Shown piece after piece: positions 18,770 to 28,106 of a stretch of 32,000 nt of DNA. A model generated the notes under the pieces. That model did no database searches and had not been told where the DNA came from. It saw nothing but the letters and a program-made list of their open reading frames with translations. The stretch is from the NCBI GenBank assembly GCA_964589775.1, contig CAZPUN010000064.1:1-32000 (forward strand), in the 5' to 3' direction. The stretch is from an uncultured archaeon. Lineage in GTDB: Archaea > Asgardarchaeota > Thorarchaeia > Thorarchaeales > CAZPUN01. Both the position numbers and the translations under genes were made by a program. Each line of letters begins with the position of its first letter. The stretch's first letter is position 1.

Positions 18770-18969
18770 TTTTATCCACTCGATTTTGCTTTATGAATGC
18801 TTCATAATCTTCATGTATAAGCTCTTCGATTTTGCTATTTTCTGTAGTTATGCATTTTGTTTCATGAAATCATATATTTTTTATACCTGATACATTTTTC
18901 TGAATAATAGCGATACTGTTAAAAATGTAAACTGTTATATTTTTACTAAGTCCTAGGAGAGAACTGCAT

Positions 18970-19686
18970 ATGGCTGAAAAAACATTAGAAAGTGTAAATT
19001 CAATACTTGATGAAATAATTAGCTCATATGCTGCAGTTCAAGGTTGTTTAGTATGTACTAAAGAAGGCGAAGTAATATCTCATGCATTCCGTGAGTCCGA
19101 ACTTGAACCAACACGTCTATCAACGGTAGCTGCTGCTTTAATGTATAGCGGTCGTACAGCATATTCACAAATGTTTAACGCAGACCCATCTGTAATTATC
19201 CAAGCAACATCTTTTGAATATTATCTGTTATTCCGTCAGGAAGATTTTTCGCTTGTTGTAATTCTGACGAAAGATCTTGTTGAAGACAATGACCTTGAGC
19301 CGTTCATTCATGATTTTAATGAGTATGCTACAAGTATCCAGAGTCAATTATTGTCTATATCCACATATGAAAAGAATACCCTGCTTGGCGAACTCTTCAG
19401 TGAAGTATCAAAGATTAAGCAGGCACTCCTGTTGACTGTTGAAGGATTACCGCTGGCATCTAGAGGCTTTCAGGATGAAACCGAAATATCTGCAGTACTA
19501 AGTGCAATTTACGCTAACTGTCAAACCCTTTCTATGCTTACGGAATTCATAGTCATTGAAGGCGATAAGGATCGAATAATAATTTTTAAAGTGGATGACA
19601 AAAGACTACTAGCTCTAGTCAGTGCTGGTGAATCTTTGGGAATCATAATAAATCAAGTCAAGCGAGTACTTCGTGAGAGTACCTAA
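18970..19686 (+). CDS. tandem roadblock/LC7 domain protein
   Basis: Two roadblock-like units (VQGCLVCTKEGEVISH..RLSTVAAALM; IKQALLLTVEGLPLAS..ISAVLSAI); AGGAG RBS. Confidence 0.8.
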   Translation: MAEKTLESVNSILDEIISSYAAVQGCLVCTKEGEVISHAFRESELEPTRLSTVAAALMYSGRTAYSQMFNADPSVIIQATSFEYYLLFRQEDFSLVVILTKDLVEDNDLEPFIHDFNEYATSIQSQLLSISTYEKNTLLGELFSEVSKIKQALLLTVEGLPLASRGFQDETEISAVLSAIYANCQTLSMLTEFIVIEGDKDRIIIFKVDDKRLLALVSAGESLGIIINQVKRVLREST

Positions 19687-20283
19687 TCATTCTTTCCATT
19701 TTATCACCGAATTAAGTTTTGAACTCTTTATTGTCTTTAGTAAATCATGTGCAAGAATTCTGGAAACTCGAATGGGTTCTGGAATTCGCCCGAATTTTAC
19801 AAAAGTATTCAATAGGACTCGGGTTTCCCACTTGTCGATTCCTGCTCGTACGATAAAGATATCGAATCCATTGTTGAGAATCAGACGTTCGCGTTGTTCT
19901 TTGTTTATTAAATCTAATCGCCATTGCCAATCATCCGGAAAATATTCCTTTAAATACTTCTCAATTCCATCGCTAGGTCTATAAGATACGCAAATCGTAG
20001 GTCTTTCAGTTCTTTCTGCTATTTTATGGACATTTATGACATTGAACCAGCTAATTACGCAGCCACTAATCATAATGTATCGAATATCCCTGCGACCGAT
20101 ATCATTAAACATTTCAATTATTTTATCTGTTGCATCGTTTCCTCCAACGGTCGTTGTTGTGAAGCCAAAACCATCGATGTGAAGATCTCCGCGCATGATC
20201 ACTCCAGCAAGAATTCCATGCGGTTCTTTGTGCTTTATGAAACTTTCTGCAATACCTAAGACACGGACTCCTTTCTTAATCAT
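19687..20283 (-). CDS. DUF99/UPF0215 family protein (endonuclease V-like fold)
   Basis: RVLGIAESF, GVIMRGD..IDGF, TVGGNDAT, SGCVISWFNVI, GRIPEPIRV. Confidence 0.88.
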   Translation of the reverse strand: MIKKGVRVLGIAESFIKHKEPHGILAGVIMRGDLHIDGFGFTTTTVGGNDATDKIIEMFNDIGRRDIRYIMISGCVISWFNVINVHKIAERTERPTICVSYRPSDGIEKYLKEYFPDDWQWRLDLINKEQRERLILNNGFDIFIVRAGIDKWETRVLLNTFVKFGRIPEPIRVSRILAHDLLKTIKSSKLNSVIKWKE

Positions 20284-20420
20284 GGGTTTCGCTTCCTAAT
20301 AACTTGTTCATATTGAATACCGCATGAATACTTTTATCTTCTCTTTTTTCATGTATCAATAGGATTATAATCAATTGTTGATTTATATTTGTAGTCTGAA
20401 ATTACATGCGAGGTATTATG

Positions 20421-21128
20421 ATGTCAAAAAGTTCTGAGGATCTTGATTTTGATGAAATTACTACTGTTGTTGAACTTATCGATATAAAAAAGTCATATTC
20501 TCACATTACTGAAGATGTGTATGCAGTTCGCGATGTTAGTTTGAAGATAGAAAAAGGAGAATTTGTTGTCATAACTGGTGTGTCTGGTGCTGGGAAAACA
20601 ACGTTGTTGAATATTATGGGCGCAATAGATATACCTGATGAGGGTACCGTGAAACTTTTTGAAGTTCCCATTCTGGATTATGATGAGCAATTCCGTGCTC
20701 ATTTCAGAGCTGCATATACGGGTTTCATATTTCAGAGCTATAATTTGATTTCCACATTAAATGCTCTTGAGAATGTTATGTTTCCGATGCAACTTGTAGA
20801 TAAGCCCGAATCTGAAATTAAGAGTCGTGCGCTTGAATTGCTGGAAAAAGTAAATCTTGCCCATCGTCAAAATCATATGCCGTGGCAGTTAAGTTCTGGT
20901 GAACAACAACGAGTTGCTATTGCGCGTGCTCTAGCAAATGATCCACCGCTCATACTTGCAGATGAGCCTACCGCAAATCTCGATACTGAAACGGCTGTAT
21001 TAATTGGAAATATATTCAAAGAATTAGCAGAAGCTGGTAAGACCATTGTTTTAGTCACACATGATGAACGACTTGTAAAAATGGCTACACGGCACATAGA
21101 AATGAAAGATGGAACAATAGTGATGTAA
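20421..21128 (+). CDS. ABC transporter ATP-binding protein (LolD/MacB-like)
   Basis: Walker A GVSGAGKT, GFIFQSYNL, signature LSSGEQQR, Walker B ILADEPT, VTHD; start may be 20406, 20418 or 20421. Confidence 0.93.
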   Translation: MSKSSEDLDFDEITTVVELIDIKKSYSHITEDVYAVRDVSLKIEKGEFVVITGVSGAGKTTLLNIMGAIDIPDEGTVKLFEVPILDYDEQFRAHFRAAYTGFIFQSYNLISTLNALENVMFPMQLVDKPESEIKSRALELLEKVNLAHRQNHMPWQLSSGEQQRVAIARALANDPPLILADEPTANLDTETAVLIGNIFKELAEAGKTIVLVTHDERLVKMATRHIEMKDGTIVM

Positions 21129-21129
21129 A

Positions 21130-22965
21130 ATGAGTGGAAGTTTTCCTGCAAAAGATATGACTCGACGCCCCATTCAATTTGTCATAACCATATTTGGAAT
21201 TGCAAGTGCTGTAGCGACAACTGTATTCTTTCTATTGTATAGTTTGACCATTGGAGCCCATTTGGTTGGTTTATTTACCATCGGTTACAATGCATCGTTG
21301 TATAATATTCTTTCTAATTTTCTTACAATTGTCATTATCATGAGCTTTATCCTTGGAGCGGTATTACTGTCCAGCATTACTTCTTCATTTATGATGAACC
21401 GTTCAAGGGATATTGGGCTCTTGAAAAGTATCGGTGCTCTTGTGGATTTTATATATGACCACTTTATGGTTCAGGTCCTTATCCTTGCATTGATCGGTGG
21501 GATTCTCGGTGTTATTTTTGGTATTTCAATTTTTTACATAAATTCCCTATTTTATGGTCAAATAGTATATTCTGATTTTCCGGCTCTCATTGCAATAGGC
21601 ACTATTGTAATATTCCTAATCCTCGCATATTATTTTGGTCAGAGACCTGTATTTGATGCAATAAATACACCTCCAGTTATCAGTATGCGTCCCGATTTAA
21701 CTACTCCCACAAATGATGCATTTGAAAAGCTCGGACATACCTTCAAAATTGCATCAAGAATGCTTCATTATCGAAAAAATGCATATCGTCGAGTATTTGT
21801 AGCTACTGTTGTTACTGTCTCTTTAATTACGGTACTTGTCGTTGGTGGGAATGTTACTAAAAATACTACTTCTAGCTATGTCATGAATGCAATGGGCACA
21901 AATGTTGTATTAGTTGGTGCGGAGCCCATTGTATCTTCCTATTGGCAAGCATCAAATATTTCGTATGTAGATGGTAATTATTCATCAATAGATTGGACTG
22001 CCTCCTCAAGTCTGATCAGCGAACAAGTAATTTCAGATATCGCATCAATCAATGGGGTTTCGTTCATAGACCGACGAGTTATCAGCTATGAGCGTGTGGA
22101 AGAAATTGCGCATCCATATTGGGATACATATTATAATAAATACATGTTAATCGGAGACCATCACGTAAAATATGCATTTGTGATTGGTTTCAATCCATCC
22201 TTAACCGTAGCAAATTGGTACATCGATGGCAAAAGCATACCCAATACAAAAGCTGTTGTTGCTATGGTTGGCACTGGAATTGCAGAAATGTTTGAAGATT
22301 ATACGGTTGAGCATTTACAAGCGCGAAGTGCAAACTTTGAAATGTGTGGCGTGGTCTTTGATGTGATTCATGGTTCTAATGTGGTTTATACGCATTACGA
22401 CGAATGGAGTAGTGTTCTTGGAATAAACAGTCCGAATCTCCTCCTTGTGAAGTTAAAATATTATTCACAAGATGTCATTCAGCAGATCCAACAGGTTGCA
22501 CAAAATAATGGGTTCGTAATTAAAGACCTGAATCAGCTCGTTAAGTTCAATTTAGATTATCTTGATAGAATCTGGAGTTTTCTTACACCATTGGAATTTA
22601 TGGCTATGTTGATTGCGGTCATTTCATTATCATCATTTACTCTTGCATCATTGTCAAATAGTTTTCGAGATCTATCAATTATCTGGTCTATTGGAGGCAA
22701 CTCAAAGAAAATAGCAAAAATCAGTCTTGCACAAGGTCTAATACTCACATTAGATTCTGGGCTTCCCGGAATTGGTGTGGGCTTCTTGGTTTCAATATTT
22801 CTACTAATTCCAAATTCTGTAATTTCCCTAGGCGACCTTATTTTGGCAGGTAGTTTAATCGTAATGCTATTCATTGTTTCAGTTGTAATTGCAATTCCGA
22901 CTTATATGCTATTCAAGAAAATGAAGCGAATTAGTGTAAATGAATACTTGGCATATGGATTATAA
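21130..22965 (+). CDS. ABC transporter permease (FtsX/MacB-like, duplicated)
   Basis: RSRDIGLLKSIGA and a second degenerate RDLSIIWSIGG; multiple TMs; large extracytoplasmic loop; 1 nt after the ATPase gene. Confidence 0.9.
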   Translation: MSGSFPAKDMTRRPIQFVITIFGIASAVATTVFFLLYSLTIGAHLVGLFTIGYNASLYNILSNFLTIVIIMSFILGAVLLSSITSSFMMNRSRDIGLLKSIGALVDFIYDHFMVQVLILALIGGILGVIFGISIFYINSLFYGQIVYSDFPALIAIGTIVIFLILAYYFGQRPVFDAINTPPVISMRPDLTTPTNDAFEKLGHTFKIASRMLHYRKNAYRRVFVATVVTVSLITVLVVGGNVTKNTTSSYVMNAMGTNVVLVGAEPIVSSYWQASNISYVDGNYSSIDWTASSSLISEQVISDIASINGVSFIDRRVISYERVEEIAHPYWDTYYNKYMLIGDHHVKYAFVIGFNPSLTVANWYIDGKSIPNTKAVVAMVGTGIAEMFEDYTVEHLQARSANFEMCGVVFDVIHGSNVVYTHYDEWSSVLGINSPNLLLVKLKYYSQDVIQQIQQVAQNNGFVIKDLNQLVKFNLDYLDRIWSFLTPLEFMAMLIAVISLSSFTLASLSNSFRDLSIIWSIGGNSKKIAKISLAQGLILTLDSGLPGIGVGFLVSIFLLIPNSVISLGDLILAGSLIVMLFIVSVVIAIPTYMLFKKMKRISVNEYLAYGL

Positions 22966-23065
22966 TCCATTTCTCTTTCTTTTTTAGTATTTTACACGCG
23001 TAGAATAATTTAAAAACCCATTTTTCATGAATATGTTGATATTAGAATTGGAAAGGTCGATATTT

Positions 23066-23716
23066 ATGTTAGGAAAATTCAGGCAAACTTATGAGAAAGT
23101 CATGATGCCTGTTGGCAGGGTGTTAGGCAAGACTGGGATAACTCCAAATATGATTACTGTTTTCAGTCTCATCATGGCTGCTGTGACGGCATATATCTTT
23201 TATATCGGTGATTTACTACTAGGTACATTATTTATTGTTCTTACTGCGTTTGTTGATATGTTAGATGGTGCCATTGCTCGTGCTACTGGTAAGGCATCTA
23301 AGTTTGGTGCTGTATTTGATCACACATTAGATCGATACGCCGAATGGTTCTTCTATCTTGGTCTTATGCTTGGTGGTTTTCTACCTTGGTTATGGGGATA
23401 TTTCACGTTATTTGCTATGATTATGGCGAGTTTCACAAGAGCGAAAGCCGAGTCCGTTGGTGGTCTTGAAAAATGTACCGTGGGCATTGCTGAGCGTCAG
23501 GAAAAATTAATTCTACTGATTGCTGGCATTTTACTTACGTATTATTATCCTGCATCATGGATGACTGTCCTATCATATTTCCCTGTGAGCGTTCAGAATT
23601 TCTTTGTATCTTTAAATATTGTATCTCCTCTAACGCTTCTGGTTGTTATTGCAGGAGTTCTTTCGCACATTACTGTAATTCAGAGATTAAACTACACTAA
23701 GAAAAATGCGAGGTAA
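23066..23716 (+). CDS. CDP-alcohol phosphatidyltransferase (archaetidylinositol phosphate synthase-like)
   Basis: TPNMIT; signature DMLDGAIARATGKASKFGAVFDHTLDR; SFTRAKAES; VGIAERQE. Confidence 0.9.
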   Translation: MLGKFRQTYEKVMMPVGRVLGKTGITPNMITVFSLIMAAVTAYIFYIGDLLLGTLFIVLTAFVDMLDGAIARATGKASKFGAVFDHTLDRYAEWFFYLGLMLGGFLPWLWGYFTLFAMIMASFTRAKAESVGGLEKCTVGIAERQEKLILLIAGILLTYYYPASWMTVLSYFPVSVQNFFVSLNIVSPLTLLVVIAGVLSHITVIQRLNYTKKNAR

Positions 23717-23722
23717 TTTATT

Positions 23723-24649
23723 ATGAAAATGAAGTTTAAAGTAGTTGCAATTGGAAATCCCGTATATGATGAAATCATTACTCCCTATCTAAAAACAGAT
23801 GGTCGCGTTCTATCCGGCTGCAGTACAAATGCAGTTCTTGCAATAAGCAAGCTAGGTGTAAGACCTGTTGCACTTATTGGCTCTGTGGGTAAGGACCACA
23901 AGGAGCGATTCCTATCTGATTTGAAAAAGTACGGTATTGATGAAACCGTAATAGTTCCTGCTGATGAGACTGGCGGATTTAAATTAATCTATGACAAGAG
24001 TGGCGACCGAACTCTTGATGTCTTAGGAATTGCAAACAAGATCACGCGAAAGGATATTCCAGAAGATTTTCTGCACGCCGAATTTATAGCTGTTGGGCCT
24101 ATCCTACAGGAAGTTGATTTGGACCTAATTGAATGGCTTAAAGAATCTACAACTGCAAAGATTTTCTTGGATCCACAAGGTTTAGTTCGGAAAGTTGGTT
24201 CAGATGGTCGTATTATTCGCACCGCAGACCGAAAAGTCATGAAAAAAGTAATGAATTACGTGGATTTTGTCAAGCCTAATGAACATGAATCTGTTGTAAT
24301 TACTGGTGAAAAGGATCCTAAGAAGTCCGCAGAGATTCTTGTAGATTGGGGAGCTCCAGTGGCTATAGTTACTCTGGCAGAGCGTGGTAGTATTGTTTAT
24401 GATGGCGCAACATTTTACAAAATTCCCGCCTATGAGACATTCGCTAAGGATAGCACTGGTGCTGGCGATACATATATGGGTACATTCATAGTTGAATACG
24501 GACGAACAAAGAATATTTCTGAATCTGCACTTTATGCATCTTGTGGTGCGAGTATGATGGTTGAACAGACCGGTCCTGATTTTGTAATGACCGATGATGA
24601 AATTAAGAAGCGTCGGGAAACTATTCGTAATAAGTTAGAAGTTCTATAA
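23723..24649 (+). CDS. PfkB/ribokinase-family carbohydrate kinase
   Basis: IGNPVYD, LDPQG, KPNEHE, VTLAERGS, DSTGAGD. Confidence 0.92.
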   Translation: MKMKFKVVAIGNPVYDEIITPYLKTDGRVLSGCSTNAVLAISKLGVRPVALIGSVGKDHKERFLSDLKKYGIDETVIVPADETGGFKLIYDKSGDRTLDVLGIANKITRKDIPEDFLHAEFIAVGPILQEVDLDLIEWLKESTTAKIFLDPQGLVRKVGSDGRIIRTADRKVMKKVMNYVDFVKPNEHESVVITGEKDPKKSAEILVDWGAPVAIVTLAERGSIVYDGATFYKIPAYETFAKDSTGAGDTYMGTFIVEYGRTKNISESALYASCGASMMVEQTGPDFVMTDDEIKKRRETIRNKLEVL

Positions 24650-25627
24650 TCAGAACGGTGGTGGAGTTAAGCTCCTCACTTCTTTTTCTAACTTTGTCCA
24701 TTTTATGAATTCCTTAGATGGTGGAAAATCCTGATATAATTGTTTTCTTCGGGATTCTAATGGCGAATATTCTTTTTCTCCTGCCTCTGATGCGCACAAA
24801 ACTTTATGTTCTTTCTTGGCAGCAGCGTTAAACACTTCCGAAGCCCATTCTTTCCATGTTTCAATTCTTATTAAGTGATGATCAAAAATAACTATTGGAA
24901 TGTTCTGTACAATCCTTATCATATTGTTCCTTGCATTTTCTAGCTCTTCCTTTGAGACTTTATTCGTTAAATAAACTGGCGGTCCGCCTATATATGCAAT
25001 ATCTGGTTTCCATCTTAAAATTATATCCGCAGTTGAATTTTCTATTGGTCCTTGTACATCCGGGCAAAATGCAAATTTTCGTCCTTCATATTCGATTAAT
25101 GTCATGATTACGAATCCGAGTGGCGTTCCTGCCTTTCCATGTGGGACCGGAGTTGAAAACGTAATTCTTGTAGAATTGATTGTTATTTCTTTGCCATCTG
25201 CCCAATGAATCTCTTTCGCTTCAGAACGCGTGATTTTTTCAAAATGGTATCCTCTTTTGCGCTGAGAATAGTTTATGTTGTTCTTATTGTCTTTCGCATA
25301 TATGATCTTGTTATGAACAATGTTTCGTGCGAGTTGCTCACTGCTAAAATTGAATGTATAATTCGTAAATCCGGGTACGAAATGATCATAATGATAATGT
25401 GAAATAACGAGTAGTTCTGCTTTTTCGACGAATTCTAAAATTCGATCTAGGGATTCTTTTAATCTTGCATATTCTAATGGGTGCGGTAATAACCAAAATC
25501 TTCGGCTTAAAGATGCTGATGGGTCTAATATTATTTTTATGTCAGGCGTTTCCACATAGGTTGCCATTGAGCGAACTCCCAAACTTTCCGCAGCCAGTGG
25601 GACAATAGTTATGTTTCCTATTTTCAA
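24650..25627 (-). CDS. metallo-beta-lactamase-fold hydrolase (UPF0282-like)
   Basis: AESLGVRSMAT, SHYHYDH, PHG, DVQGP, GGPP.Y, DHHL.R. Confidence 0.9.
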   Translation of the reverse strand: MKIGNITIVPLAAESLGVRSMATYVETPDIKIILDPSASLSRRFWLLPHPLEYARLKESLDRILEFVEKAELLVISHYHYDHFVPGFTNYTFNFSSEQLARNIVHNKIIYAKDNKNNINYSQRKRGYHFEKITRSEAKEIHWADGKEITINSTRITFSTPVPHGKAGTPLGFVIMTLIEYEGRKFAFCPDVQGPIENSTADIILRWKPDIAYIGGPPVYLTNKVSKEELENARNNMIRIVQNIPIVIFDHHLIRIETWKEWASEVFNAAAKKEHKVLCASEAGEKEYSPLESRRKQLYQDFPPSKEFIKWTKLEKEVRSLTPPPF

Positions 25628-25950
25628 TCTTTTTCGCCAATATCTGTCATTATGAAGGATAAATTAAAATGTAATGCATTCTGAGTGGGTCAACAATTGT
25701 TATTAATTGACTATTATATAGTTTATGGTAATAAAGAAAAGAAAGATGTCATAAACTACCATATTTCATTCGACTTTAATATATAAAATACTTAGCACCA
25801 TGATTCTGTGTTGAAGTAATTTAGTGTATTAATATCAAATATGTAATGGTTGCGTTTGTTTTGTTTTTTCTAATGAGGTCGATGTCAACTTAATATGGAA
25901 CGCATAATCACCTTAAAAAATAGAAAAGAATTTTGAATTTAAGAAATTAC

Positions 25951-26143
25951 AAACTCTTTGCGAGAAATCATTGCTTTTCAAATGGTGATGAATCGCAGAA
26001 AAGGTTATTAATGACTATTCATAGGATAAATAATTGGAGCGTATTGTTTTCTCGCTGGAGCACAGCGAGTATATGCCCGAAATGGCTATCGTAAGATAAC
26101 GCTTAAGCAGAATCCTCGTATTTCAATGCGGGGTGTGTATCAG
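25951..26143 (+). mobile_element. non-autonomous IS200/IS605-family miniature element, copy 2
   Basis: Preceded by TTAC (25947-25950; boundary +/-1); left-end hairpin TGCGAGAAATCATTGCTTTTCAAATGGTGATGAATCGCA (25959-25997); right end GAATCCTCGTATTTCAATGCGGGGTGTGTATCAG; homologous to 7459-7716. Confidence 0.78.
26051..26143 (+). ncRNA. putative TnpB omegaRNA/reRNA-like scaffold, copy 2
   Basis: Stems CTCGCTG/CAGCGAG, TATC-GTAA-GATA (GNRA loop) and CCTCGTATT/AATGCGGGG. Confidence 0.62.
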
Positions 26144-26146
26144 AAA

Positions 26147-26226
26147 GATACGCCAAGTATATGTATGAATGGCTATTGCTATGTACCCTATGGAACCCGC
26201 ACATTTAAATGTGGGTAGTATGTTTG
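26147..26226 (+). repeat. third, partial and degenerate scaffold/right-end copy in tandem
   Basis: GATACGCCAAGTATATGTATGAATGGCTA aligns with both copies; ends in the hairpin GAACCCGCACATTTAAATGTGGGT followed by AGTATGTTTG. Confidence 0.55.
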
Positions 26227-26269
26227 TACTTAATTAAAAATTATATCTTCTTGAAGAGGAGGTTAATTT

Positions 26270-26608
26270 ATGCCGAAAGGAAGTTCAAAAAGAACCGCAA
26301 AGATATTATCCGGAATTGGATCTGTAATTGTAATTATTATATCGATTTTAAATATCCTTCAATCATTGGGCGGAGGAAGTATCAATATTAATTACTTGGT
26401 CTTTCAGATCTTAATACTTCTGTTTGGCTTAATTTGTTTAGCCAGCACTGGTGCAATCAATTTTCCAGTCAGTGCAAAATTATCATGGCCAATTTTACTG
26501 ATATTGGGTATTGCAATAATTATTCTTGGTGGATTTAGTTTATCTAGTGCAATGACTTGGGGTGCTATTTTAATCATTCTTGGTGCAATTGTTCTGTTGA
26601 TTGATTAA
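26270..26608 (+). CDS. small membrane protein (about 4 TM), hypothetical
   Basis: GAGGAGGT RBS; four Ile/Leu/Gly-rich helices. Confidence 0.8.
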   Translation: MPKGSSKRTAKILSGIGSVIVIIISILNILQSLGGGSININYLVFQILILLFGLICLASTGAINFPVSAKLSWPILLILGIAIIILGGFSLSSAMTWGAILIILGAIVLLID

Positions 26609-26727
26609 AATCCGATTTTTGCACTCCCCCTTTATTTTTGTTTTCGAGTATTACTTTTTCTTCGATAGGAAATTTTATCAGTATCTATCTTTTGTTTAAT
26701 CACACCGCGTTTGAAGAGGTGCTCATT

Positions 26728-28077
26728 ATGGAACAAAAACATATCGAACTTTTGAAAAAGTTTACCAAGAACCTCGACGAGAAAAAGGTTTCTGATAGCA
26801 ATTATTGGAGAAAGAGAGCAAAGAAGGTATTAGGAACCACCACAATTGACCGCGAGATTTACGGTACGGTTGATCATACTCGTGGTGAAGGTGTCTGGTT
26901 GTATGATGTGGAAGGAAACAAATATTTGGATTTAACAGGTGGAGTTGCGGTTCGTGCCTTAGGTTTGAGATACAAGCCTCAAATTGAATTTGAAAAGGAA
27001 ATCGCGGATCTTGCAATTGAATTACCCGGGCAGGATTTTGATGCTATTCCTCAGACTTTGCTGGCTGAAAAATTAGTAGAAATAACTCCCGGTGATTTTG
27101 ATAAGGGTGTAGTTTTCACAACAAGTGGTGGTAGAGCTGTTGAAAATTGTGCCAAGTCTGCCATGGACCTTAAGGGCAGAACGAAATTCGTAGCATTTAA
27201 GCCTGCATTTCATGGTCGTACTGGATATTCATTAGCATTTACCGCAAGTAAGAGTGTGCACAAGAATAAGTTTCCACAAGGTGTAGATGTAATACGTGCG
27301 CCCTATGCATACTGTTATCGCTGTCCATTTGGTCAAGATCCTGAATCATGCAATTTAGAATGTGCAGAATATCTTAGGGATAGTCTAGAACATGAAGGTA
27401 ACGACATAAATGCAATTGTTGTAGAGCCTCTCGGTGGCGAAGGTGGAATTCTTGTACCGCCAAGCAAATGGATTCAGGAGCTTCGTAAGATTGCTGATGA
27501 ATATGATGCATTCTTGATTGATGATGAAGTTCAGGCAGGTATGGGCCGTACAGGTAAATGGTGGGCAATTGAGCATCATGGTGTAGTTCCAGATTATATC
27601 TCTATAGCAAAAGCTATTGGTGGTGGATACCCATTAGGTGCAAGTATTGGACCACAACCTATGTTTTCAAAAACCGGGCGTCATTCTGAGACATTCTCCG
27701 CAGAACCTAAGGCAGCCATGCTTGCTTTGTTCGTAATTAATGAAATTGAGAAGAACAATCTGATTGAAAATGCTGCAAAAATGGGTGATTACTTCATTAA
27801 GAGACTTAAGGAATTACAAGAAAAGCACGAAGTAATCGGTGACGTGCGTGGTCTTGGACTTATGCTTGGAATTGAGATTGTAGAAGATCCTAAGACCAAG
27901 AAGGCTGCACCGAAATTACGCGATAAAATTGTCAAGAACGCAGTACAGAAGCAACACCTCTGGATGATCGGTGCTGGAACAAGCGTAATCCGATTCACGC
28001 CATCATACATCATTACAAAAGAAGAAATTGATGAAGCAGTAGAGCGTCTTGATAAAGCGATTTCAGAGACCAAATAA
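26728..28077 (+). CDS. class III PLP-dependent aminotransferase (4-aminobutyrate/ornithine aminotransferase-like)
   Basis: DVEGNKYLD, AFHGRT, EPLGGEGG, DDEVQAGMGRTG, PLP Lys in IAKAIGGG, DVRGLGLM; GAGGTG before ATG 26728. Confidence 0.93.
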   Translation: MEQKHIELLKKFTKNLDEKKVSDSNYWRKRAKKVLGTTTIDREIYGTVDHTRGEGVWLYDVEGNKYLDLTGGVAVRALGLRYKPQIEFEKEIADLAIELPGQDFDAIPQTLLAEKLVEITPGDFDKGVVFTTSGGRAVENCAKSAMDLKGRTKFVAFKPAFHGRTGYSLAFTASKSVHKNKFPQGVDVIRAPYAYCYRCPFGQDPESCNLECAEYLRDSLEHEGNDINAIVVEPLGGEGGILVPPSKWIQELRKIADEYDAFLIDDEVQAGMGRTGKWWAIEHHGVVPDYISIAKAIGGGYPLGASIGPQPMFSKTGRHSETFSAEPKAAMLALFVINEIEKNNLIENAAKMGDYFIKRLKELQEKHEVIGDVRGLGLMLGIEIVEDPKTKKAAPKLRDKIVKNAVQKQHLWMIGAGTSVIRFTPSYIITKEEIDEAVERLDKAISETK

Positions 28078-28086
28078 ATTCAATGG

Positions 28087-28106
28087 TCTTTTTTCTTTCT
28101 TTTTTA
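28087..28106 (+). terminator. oligo-T terminator candidate
   Basis: TCTTTTTTCTTTCTTTTTTA about 10 nt after the aminotransferase stop. Confidence 0.5.

Noticed and set aside
18765-18870. Short minus-strand frame upstream of the TPR gene (ENSKIEELIHEDYEAFIKQNRVDKIA)
   Set aside because: No ATG, GTG or TTG near its 5' end and a different frame from the TPR gene; insufficient support.
25660-25900. Further right-end-like words (GAGTGGGTCAA at 25683-25693, GAGGTCGATGTCAA at 25875-25888)
   Set aside because: They lack a convincing preceding hairpin or scaffold core. They could be very old remnants but cannot be supported by eye.
25959-25997. SECIS element or riboswitch (GAA/GAA internal-loop hairpin)
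   Set aside because: No adjacent gene has an in-frame TGA needing recoding. The position after TTAC and the linkage to a right-end hairpin in both copies fit an IS200/IS605 left end better.
26638-26727. N-terminal extensions given by the ORF track (aminotransferase; also radA, both GGRs, CDP-alcohol transferase)
   Set aside because: They read through promoter or terminator-like sequence. Downstream starts match the family N-termini, and several have SD motifs.
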